Source of the DNA: Balanoglossus misakiensis
Lineage: Eukaryota > Animalia > Hemichordata
Assembly: GCA_040954595.2 (NCBI GenBank)
Contig: CM082579.2
Span: 1,873,908 to 1,937,907, forward strand
DNA: 64,000 nucleotides
Direction: 5' to 3'
Below are positions 15,001 through 25,400 of the stretch, in pieces. The notes below the pieces were generated by a model. That model made no database searches. It worked only from the letters and a program-made list of their open reading frames with translations, and was not told where the DNA came from. Within the stretch, counting starts at the first letter, position 1. Each line of letters starts with the position of its first letter. The translations under genes were made by a program, and so were the position numbers.

Positions 15001-18000
15001 TATAGCTCAGGAAAATCGTGAAAAATCGACGATTTTTGGAGTTTGCGAATTTTCGGAAATTTGGTCATTTTTTGAAAAAACCATGGGTTATAGCTCAGGA
15101 AAATCGTGAAAAATCGACGATTTTTGGAGTTTGCGAATTTTCGAAATTTGGTCATTTTTTGAAAAAACCATGGGTTATAGCTCAGGAAAATCGTGAAAAA
15201 TCGACGATTTTTGGAGTTTGCGAATTTTCGAAATTTGGTCATTTTTTGAAAAAACCATGGGTTATAGCTCAGGAAAATCGTGAAAAATCGACGATTTTTG
15301 GAGTTTGCGAATTTTCGAAATTTGGTCATTTTTTGAAAAAACCATGGGTTATAGCTCAGGAAAATCGTGAAAAATCGACGATTTTTGGAGTTTGCGAATT
15401 TTCGAAATTTGGTCATTTTTTGAAAAAACCATGGGTTATAGCTCAGGAAAATCGTGAAAAATCGACGATTTTTGGAGTTTGCGAATTTTCGAAATTTGGT
15501 CATTTTTTGAAAAAACCATGGGTTATAGCTCAGGAAAATCGTGAAAAATCGACGATTTTTGGAGTTTGCGAATTTTCGAAATTTGGTCATTTTTTGAAAA
15601 AACCATGGGTTATAGCTCAGGAAAATCGTGAAAAATCGACGATTTTTGGAGTTTGCGAATTTTCTAAATTTGGTCATTTTTTGAAAAAACCATGGGTTAT
15701 AGCTCAGGAAAATCGTGAAAAATCGACGATTTTTGGAGTTTGCGAATTTTCGAAATTTGGTCATTTTTTGAAAAAAACCATGGGTTATAGCTCAGGAAAA
15801 TCGTGAAAAATCGACGATTTTTGGAGTTTGCGAATTTTCGAAATTTGGTCATTTTTTGAAAAAACCATGGGTTATAGCTCAGGAAAATCGTGAAAAATCG
15901 ACGATTTTTAGAGTTTGCGAATTTTGAAAATTTGGTGTCATTTTTTGATAAAAACCATGGGTAATAGCTCAGGAAAATCGTTGAGTTGGAAAATCGAGCG
16001 ATTTTTGGGCACATCTCGTGAGAGTGTCATTTTTTGATAAAAACCATGGTTATAGCTCAGGAAAAATCGTGAAAAATCGACGATTTTTGGAGTTTGCGAA
16101 TTTTGAAAATTTGGTCATTTTTGAAAAAACCATGGTAATAGCTCAGAAAATCGTGAAAAATCGACGATTTTTGGAGTTTGCGAATTTTGGAAATTTGGTC
16201 ATTTTTTGAAAAAACCATGGGTTATAGCTCAGGAAAATCGTGAAAAATCGACGATTTTTGGAGTTTGCGAATTTTGAAAATTTGGTCATTTTTTGAAAAA
16301 ACCATGGGTTATAGCTCAGGAAAATCGTGAAAAATCGACGATTTTTGGAGTTTGCGAATTTTGAAAATTTGGTCATTTTTTGAAAAAACCATGGGTTATA
16401 GCTCAGGAAAATCGTGAAAAATCGACGATTTTTGGAGTTTGCGAATTTTGAAAATTTGGTCATTTTTTGAAAAAACCATGGGTTATAGCTCAGGAAAATC
16501 GTGAAAAATCGACGATTTTTGGAGTTTGCGAATTTTGAAAATTTGGTCATTTTTTGAAAAAACCATGGGTTATAGCTCAGGAAAATCGTGAAAAATCGAC
16601 GATTTTTGGAGTTTGCGAATTTTGAAAATTTGGTCATTTTTTGAAAAAACCATGGGTTATAGCTCAGGAAAATCGTGAAAAATCGACGATTTTTGGAGTT
16701 TGCGAATTTTCGAAATTTGGTCATTTTTTGAAAAAACCATGGGTTATAGCTCAGGAAAATCGTGAAAAATCGACGATTTTTGGAGTTTGCGAATTTTCGA
16801 AATTTGGTCATTTTTTGAAAAAACCATGGGTTATAGCTCAGGAAAATCGTGAAAAATCGACGATTTTTGGAGTTTGCGAATTTTCGAAATTTGGTCATTT
16901 TTTGAAAAAACCATGGGTTATAGCTCAGGAAAATCGTGAAAAATCGACGATTTTTGGAGTTTGCGAATTTTGGAAATTTGGTCATTTTTTGAAAAAACCA
17001 TGGGTTATAGCTCAGGAAAATCGTGAAAAATCGACGATTTTTGGAGTTTGCGAATTTTGGAAATTTGGTCATTTTTTGAAAAAACCATGGGTTATAGCTC
17101 AGGAAAATCGTGAAAAATCGACGATTTTTGGAGTTTGCGAATTTTGGAAATTTGGTCATTTTTTGAAAAAACCATGGGTTATAGCTCAGGAAAATCGTGA
17201 AAAATCGACGATTTTTGGAGTTTGCGAATTTTGGAAATTTGGTCATTTTTTGAAAAAACCATGGGTTATAGCTCAGGAAAATCGTGAAAAATCGACGATT
17301 TTTGGAGTTTGCGAATTTTGGAAATTTGGTCATTTTTTGAAAAAACCATGGGTTATAGCTCAGGAAAATCGTGAAAAATCGACGATTTTTGGAGTTTGCG
17401 AATTTTGGAAATTTGGTCATTTTTTGAAAAAACCATGGGTTATAGCTCAGGAAAATCGTGAAAAATCGACGATTTTTGGAGTTTGCGAATTTTGGAAATT
17501 TGGTCATTTTTTGAAAAAACCATGGGTTATAGCTCAGGAAAATCGTGAAAAATCGACGATTTTTGGAGTTTGCGAATTTTGGAAATTTGGTCATTTTTTG
17601 AAAAAACCATGGGTTATAGCTCAGGAAAATCGTGAAAAATCGACGATTTTTGGAGTTTGCGAATTTTGGAAATTTGGTCATTTTTTGAAAAAACCATGGG
17701 TTATAGCTCAGGAAAATCGTGAAAAATCGACGATTTTTGGAGTTTGCGAATTTTCGAAATTTGGTCATTTTTTGAAAAAACCATGGGTTATAGCTCAGGA
17801 AAATCGTGAAAAATCGACGATTTTTGGAGTTTGCGAATTTTCGAAATTTGGTCATTTTTTGAAAAAACCATGGGTTATAGCTCAGGAAAATCGTGAAAAA
17901 TCGACGATTTTTGGAGTTTGCGAATTTTCGAAATTTGGTCATTTTTTGAAAAAACCATGGGTTATAGCTCAGGAAAATCGTGAAAAATCGACGATTTTTG

Positions 18001-19003
18001 GAGTTTGCGAATTTTCGAAATTTGGTCATTTTTTGAAAAAACCATGGGTTATAGCTCAGGAAAATCGTGAAAAATCGACGATTTTTGGAGTTTGCGAATT
18101 TTCGAAATTTGGTCATTTTTTGAAAAAACCATGGGTTATAGCTCAGGAAAATCGTGAAAAATCGACGATTTTTGGAGTTTGCGAATTTTCGAAATTTGGT
18201 CATTTTTTGAAAAAACCATGGGTTATAGCTCAGGAAAATCGTGAAAAATCGACGATTTTTGGAGTTTGCGAATTTTCGAAATTTGGTCATTTTTTGAAAA
18301 AACCATGGGTTATAGCTCAGGAAAATCGTGAAAAATCGACGATTTTTGGAGTTTGCGAATTTTCGAAATTTGGTCATTTTTTGAAAAAACCATGGGTTAT
18401 AGCTCAGGAAAATCGTGAAAAATCGACGATTTTTGGAGTTTGCGAATTTTCTAAATTTGGTCATTTTTTGAAAAAACCATGGGTTATAGCTCAGGAAAAT
18501 CGTGAAAAATCGACGATTTTTGGAGTTTGCGAATTTTCGAAATTTGGTCATTTTTTGAAAAAAACCATGGGTTATAGCTCAGGAAAATCGTGAAAAATCG
18601 ACGATTTTTGGAGTTTGCGAATTTTCGAAATTTGGTCATTTTTTGAAAAAACCATGGGTTATAGCTCAGGAAAATCGTGAAAAATCGACGATTTTTGGAG
18701 TTTGCGAATTTTGAAAATTTGGTCATTTTTTGATAAAAACCATGGGTTATAGCTCAGGAAAATCGTGAAAAATCGACGATTTTTGGGAGTTTGCGAATTT
18801 TGAAAATTTGGTCATTTTTTGAAAAAACCATGGGTAATAGCTCAGGAAAATCGTGAAAAATCGACGATTTTTGGAGTTTGCGAATTTTCGAAATTTGGTC
18901 ATTTTTTGAAAAAACCATGGGTTACAGCTCAGGAAAATCGTGAAAAATCGACGATTTTTGGAGTTTGCGAATTTTCGAAATTTGGTCATTTTTTGAAATT
19001 TTC
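1..19003. repeat. 87-bp tandem satellite array (main family, ~218 monomers, open at left edge)
   Basis: Consensus atgggttatagctcaggaaaatcgtgaaaaatcgacgatttttggagtttgcgaatttt[ga/gg/cg]aaatttggtcattttttgaaaaaacc repeats head-to-tail. The 29-aa periodicity in the ORF track equals 87 bp. Nearly every monomer has an NcoI site (CCATGG). Copies differ mostly at one dinucleotide and by homopolymer indels. Confidence 0.99.
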
Positions 19004-19705
19004 ATGGGTTATAGCTCAGGAAAATCTTCAAAAAGTGGAAATCTGTCGACTTTGCGAGTTTTCGAAATTTCATGATTTTTTGAAATTTTTATGGGTTATT
19101 GCTCATGAAAATCTTCAAAAAGTGGAAATCTGTCGACTTTGCGAGTTTTCGAAAGGTCGTGATTTTTTTTAAATTTTCATGGGTTATAGCTCATGAAAAT
19201 CATCAAAAAGTGGAAATCTGTCGACTTTGCGAGTTTTCGAAATTTCGTGATTTTTTGAAATTTTCATGGGTTATAGCTCATGAAAATCTTCAAAAAGTGG
19301 AAATCTGTCGACTTTGCGAGTTTTCGAAATTTCATGATTTTTTGAAATTTTTATGGGTTATTGCTCATGAAAATCATCATAAAGTGGAAATCTGTCGACT
19401 TTGCGAGTTTTCGAAATTTCGTGATTTTTTGAAATTTTCATGGGTTATAGCTCATGAAAATCTTCAAAAAGTGGAAATCTGTCGACTTTGCGAGTTTTCG
19501 AAATTTCGTGATTTTTTTAAATTTTCATGGGTTATAGCTCATGAAAATCTTCAAAGATGACAAATTCTCGACTTTGAAAATGTTGGTGTTTGTGTCACTT
19601 TTGGTCATTTTTCATGGGTTATAGCTCATGAAAATTGTCAAAGATGACAAATTCTCGACTTTGAAAATTTTGGTGTTTTTCTCACTTTTGGACATTTGTC
19701 ATGGC
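19004..19705. repeat. Diverged border monomers of the 87-bp satellite (6 type-B and 2 type-C units)
   Basis: The atgg anchor recurs at 19004, 19091, 19179, 19266, 19353, 19440, 19527, 19614 and 19701 (87-88 bp spacing). The type-B core is cttcaaaaagtggaaatctgtcgactttgcgag. The type-C core is caaagatgacaaattctcgactttgaaaa. Confidence 0.95.
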
Positions 19706-20744
19706 TTTGCTTTTCGTAAGCATTATTTTAGTTTTTGACATTTTCGGGAGTCGTCATGTTGTTATTATGTGTTTACACATCCTGTTCACTACAGTAGTTT
19801 GCGTTCTTTAAAGATTTATAGTTATCGCCCCGGAAAATAGCAGTTGAATTTAAGCCTCCTGCGTCACTAGAGTATCCTTAAATCTCGCCCGTTATTCGTA
19901 ACTTTTAAACATCTACGGACCCTTTCATTTTTGTCAATACGGTGAAGCGATAAGAGAGAAAAAAACTTTCGAGAAGCCTACAGGCTTAAACCGTGCGATG
20001 AAATATTTACCGGTTTAAGCTTAAATGTGTCTGAAGCAGGTTCTGTGGCTCTGGGAAACCTCATAGAACATGTTTTCAATATTCAAAGCTTTTTGGGACA
20101 TTTAAAAGGTTCTTTGGTTCTAGAAGTTATAATAAACATAGAGATATCCGCACGTAAAATCGTGATTATCAAAAGCTTTTAGTGTTATTTTACCTATACA
20201 CGTCTTGTTATGACCAACTCTTCCATTTATGACCCCGACGTGCACCCACCAAGAAGTAACATTTGGTTTTAAGGAATACGAAGCTGGAGATTGTGCGCTT
20301 ACAAGATCGATGCATTGTACGGCATGCTTCTTTTTAAAAATTTATACCTTCACGTTATACATCTGCCCCATGCATTTTCAACGCCAGATTGTTTGTCAAA
20401 GAACCCCTACAAGCTGTATAGTTCAGCGAGCTGAGCGCCAAATCTTTTATTCTTGTGTGTTACATTTGTCGAAATCAGCAAATGGATACGATCGGCCGAT
20501 GCAGAAGTTTTTTTAAACAGTTAGGAAAAAACAATAAGATCATCAGTATACATAATGAGGAGACATCGTGCAGAACATTGAATGTAAGCGCACAGTTGCT
20601 TCAAATTGCCTTCTTTGTTGTCAAAAAGAATTAATGGAAGGTTTCTGAGATTCTGTGTCCGAGTTGCGAAGTACCATCTGTATTCCTATTTTGTGTTATT
20701 TCATGTGCAAGAATATACATTGTAAATGCAGTATCAATACTTAC

Positions 20745-21463
20745 CGTGGTATGGGGTTCCACGATTACGTGGATCGTAGCAATACGTTTCCAGCCAGCGG
20801 CTCGGATGAAGGCCATCCTTGCGGGATTGAATTCATCCATCGATGGGATCGTTCTGAACAAGTACGGATATTTCTGTCTGTCCGATAAAGAGGGAGATGA
20901 TCCCCCATATGAAACCTGAAATCGAAGATCACACCGGTTTATTTTTAGTTCTACGCTTTCAACCGATCTTCGCGTCATTTTTTTTATTTCTATGTCTATT
21001 TTTAATGAATTTGGAAAATGTTTTGTTTTTCATGATAATGTAAATATATGACAGATTTGTTTCACTTTTATGGCGGCTCAACCGTACAACCATTGAACAT
21101 ATCGACCCTTACCTGGAGGACGTTCCACCGGCCTGTCAACTGAGCTGTCGGATCGACTGTGAAGGAATACAGACTGCCGACGACCATTATCTTTGTAGGC
21201 GGATTGTGTAACTGGTAGTACAGTGCATCCAGAGTTACTCCGATATTTCCCTGTGTGTCATTCGAGAGCAATATCAGCTCATAGTCGGAGAGTATTCTAT
21301 CGTCTTGATTGATGTGGGTAACTGCAAGTTCTGCTGATTTCATGATCACCCAAGCTTTGTACATGTGAGTTGGAAATAACCCGCCAATATACAGTGGCTT
21401 CTTTGGCGTGCATTGGCCAAGTAATGCCAGTTGTAAAAGAACTGACAAAAATCTGTTTCCCAT
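20745..21463 (-). pseudogene. Truncated GABA-B-receptor-like paralog (signal peptide plus N-terminal part of the Venus flytrap domain)
   Basis: Exon 21463-21113 reads MGNRFLSVLLQLALLGQCTPKKPLYIGGLFP...LTGRWNVLQ. Exon 20915-20745 reads VSYGGSSPSLSDRQKYPYLFRTIPS...EPHTT. The GT-AG boundaries match the neighbouring full-length gene. Only a frameshifted exon-like remnant (~20119-20011) is visible before the satellite. Pseudogene status is inferred. Confidence 0.75.
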
Positions 21464-22335
21464 CTTTGTGAAATTTAGGAACACATTTTCAGTCCTGCTA
21501 CTGTGATTGTCAGATATAGACTGGCCTGTATCAAGCCGACGTATATAACTTCGTGCGTGTATAATCAGTCTTCGAGTCAGTGGGATTGGTCAGCACAGAA
21601 AACGTCAGATGCGCAGAAACGTCTGTCATTTACGTCATTGCTTTATTCAAGTTTGTGTGTGACACCAACTTCTAGAAATCTGTTTTAACATACAAGGAGG
21701 TGTTGAGGGAGCTATTGATGCTTGTCTTCAGCATTCTCAATTTAGCAACGCCCTCATGTGGACACATTATGGAAACATTTTTTTTTTTAAATATAGTTAA
21801 AAACGACCACCATTCGGCTGTTCCGGTCATGGCGCCACCTAACGGTGGCCCGGGGTCCTAGCTTTCCTGACTTCAAGGAAGAGATGGATCCCACAATATA
21901 CGCATTAAACGGTGCTTTATTCTTCTCAATATAACGTGAACATTTCTATCAACCTTTGAACATTGAAAAAGATACATGGTTTATAACATTTAGAAAACTT
22001 TTCAAATATAATGTATCCAAAGCGTACAATCCATAGAAAACAGAAATGACAAGATTTTGTAAGTGCACTTACGTTTTCATGGCATTGGAACACACATTCA
22101 AAAATTGAGTAACAATTTTGTAATTTTAACAAAGTTCATTGATAGATACACATCCATAGAAGCTTTACAAAGATATTTGAAAAATCTACCAAAACTTTTC
22201 CCAGTTCTTGAGTCGTATGATTATCCTATCAAATACTAGAATCGGACGGATGATACATCGAAAGCGTTGTGAGAGAATATATTTGAATACTGTATAATCA
22301 AAAAGTGTATTTGCGAGTATACTTCGCAAAAATTT

Positions 22336-22370
22336 ACATTACATTACATTACATTACATTACATTACATT
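22336..22370. repeat. (ACATT)7 microsatellite
   Basis: Seven perfect ACATT copies just downstream of the receptor stop codon. Confidence 0.95.
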
Positions 22371-22466
22371 ACCTTGCAAATGTATTTAATAATGGCTTGT
22401 CTCGTGCTTTATCTAGGTATTTTTTATTAACAACCCTGGCGTTTCTTTCACCGCAACTGTCAAACT

Positions 22467-25400
22467 TCACATTTGAGGTTCGACTAGGGAGTGGTGTCCT
22501 TCATTGGAACGCGTAGACAGTGCGGCGGTTGTGGCCACACTTCTATTTGTGTCCGTGGTGTTGTCCAGGATTCCAACCTGACCTCTGTTCCCCAAACCGT
22601 CTTCTCCACGTTTCACAGCCATTATCTGGCAAAGCACAAAGCTACAGTTAGTACCACTTGGTATACGTGCATAGACCTCCGCTCACAAAACATTCTCAGA
22701 AAGGTGAACATGGTTTACTCGGAACAGGAAATTGGTATGGTGTCATATTTTCTCAAATAATAGACCTACAGAATCCGATGCTTTATATTTGCATTACTTA
22801 TGTTTTGTACGTATACTTGCCTTGGGAACAAACATTAGCAGCAAAGTGGCAGTTGTGCAAAATAAGATGAAACCATCAACGATGATGTAGACAGCATTGG
22901 GGTTATCCTTCAGCAATATTGATATCGGTAGACCGATGGTGCTGAAGATCACCACATTGTAGAGGGACATACCAACGTATTTGCTGTCGTTTAATCCGGG
23001 TAGTTGAACAGACCTGTCACGGAAACGCGGTATCGTTATAAGGCAACGACCGACATTTTTGATCTCGTTTAATCTAGGTTACCGAACAGACATGTGGATT
23101 TTACATGTATCAGTCGGACCAGGTATAATGTAAACGACACTCGCCCAAATTGTTACTCATACACTTTTTTAGGCCATCTGTTGCTGTTTTTATCATACGG
23201 AATATATTTTACATTATAACTTTTAAAATCACTCGACAATCAAGGTCAAAATCATTGGCCATTACAAGCAATCTGAATTCAACACAATAAAAATAATGAC
23301 AATAAATGATTTACCTTGTCTGCCAAGTCAAGAACGTCCCAAACAAAAGTAACAGACCCTTGTAGGCGTACATGGTGATTGAAAATTCTTGAAAGTTATG
23401 CGAATAACAGTTCTGCACAGTGTTTATGTACTCAATTAATGCATCACCAGATATTAATTCCTGCCACAAAAAGAAAACACATTAAATACCAAAAAGAGTG
23501 TTCGCTTTTTTGTTATATGCATCAGTGTAAGTGGATACTGCATAATGTTTCACATCTTGTACCGATAAACTGATTTTTTTTCTCAGTGCGACATAAGAAA
23601 CTGATGCCGCGTTCTCATTCTTGTAGATTTATTTTCAAATATAGTTCAATACGTATAGGTTATAATATCGAAAAGTAGGTGGGACATGTAAGGCGTGATT
23701 ATCGTCTCGCTGCTTCTAGTTTCAACTTCAAATCTACTAAGCTCCAGGATAAAGGGCAATTTTGTTACTGATATGTTATCCCAAGCGCCGCAGAGCTAAG
23801 TGAGTACGTGGAAGGGAAGAAATTAGCTTAGAATGAAGGTTAAAATCTCAAAATCAATCGAAATCCGGAAAGTGGGTTGTACCACGCTGACGTCACTGTC
23901 TCCTTGGGTGGTTGACGGACTTCATTAAGCTGCATTAATAACGCCTGTTGTGTCCCCAAGACATCAAAATATACCTACTTATCCTTGATAAGCATGTTAT
24001 CTCAACCAATTTTATTTGTGCAGTCCAATGTATCATGAAGCGAGCATGCTAAGCTACTAAACAACGTCCATAGGCAATACTCATAGCTGAATTCAATCAG
24101 GAAACGAATAGGGTCATGCCAAGGAGTTTTCGCCTTAACTAATCATTCAAGCCACACTTTTGCTCGTACATGTACAGTCATTAGATGTTTGAGATTTCAC
24201 TATTCTTGTTACATCAAGTACATCTATGCTGATACCAAGAATTTTCTCAGACTGACACTTATAAGATTTTACTGCATTCGCTTGCCATACATGGGTATAC
24301 GTTTCGGCCATTTCATTTTATTATTCTTCAGAATCTTTAACGATAATTGTAACAATTAGTTACAAGGATTAGAACAATTATGAAAGACATAAAACGTTTG
24401 TTGTTTACCTCAACAGACATCACCTTGTCCTGCACGGCCATTGGCGACAGTATTTGCCAAGCGATCAGAATCACGATGTCAACAGTTACCATGACTCCCA
24501 CCATTGTAAGCAGCTGATGGTCACGAACTGACTGAAGTTGAAAAGAGTAAATGATTTCTGATATGTTTTAAACGTTAAAGAAAAGGAAAAGCTGGGAACA
24601 GAAATTTCCCATACACGTTAACTGATAATGACATTATTTTAACAGGAATGCAGAACCATCGTCGACAAATGCTAAGTTTTTAAAATGTATTAACATTTGT
24701 CCAAATTGTTCTTACCTTGCGCGTGGGCACCTTGCTTGTGAAGACTTTGTACACTCTCCAAGTCTTGGAAAACATGGCGCCAAAAGATAATGTGAATCCG
24801 ATTGCTAATATCCATGGGCGGACCTGTTGAACATGAAGACAGTGAAGAAGCTTAAGTTTGAATTTTTTCTTTAATGTTAAAATCTCAAATGGCGCATTTC
24901 CCCCAAAATTACTTCAAGAATCTTCATTGAAGACGTTCCATGTTAGACCTAAAATTACCTGGCAGACTTGAGCAAACTGATCCATTGAGAGTACTCCACG
25001 GTCAAGTCCATTGCAAATCACACTGATGTAAGTAATTATGCACCCACAAACCATGATGTTGTTGATATTAGGGCTCGACATCTTGATCACTCTAAACACA
25101 GAAATGGAATGTGACATACAAGAGTTACATGTATACAGCCAAATAGAAACAATGTACAAGTTATAATAATAATGTTAACAGATAGATAGAGCATTTTCCG
25201 AAAAAACTGACCCCCTGTGGAGCGATAATTTTCACCTCACACACTGAACACAATGCGCTGACACTTGTCCTTTTTTTCATTCTAATTCGCTGCGGACCCC
25301 CCCCCCCCCCTACCCGTTGCCACATTCATTCCTCCAATCCGCCTGGCCTTCACAGATATCAAATCTTTGTTGTAATTGAACTCACACAGTACAGAAACAA

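Noticed and set aside
1-19003. CRISPR-like array
   Set aside because: Monomers are contiguous with no unique spacers, there are no cas genes, and the context is eukaryotic. The two interruptions look like sequencing artefacts.
1-19003. CENP-B box in the monomer
   Set aside because: The TTCG....A..CGGG core is not present.
126-19560. Long 29-aa-repeat ORFs on both strands (up to 817 aa)
   Set aside because: The monomer length is divisible by three and one frame happens to lack stops. ORF ends coincide with homopolymer indels or the GA allele, and there is no gene structure or recognisable domain.
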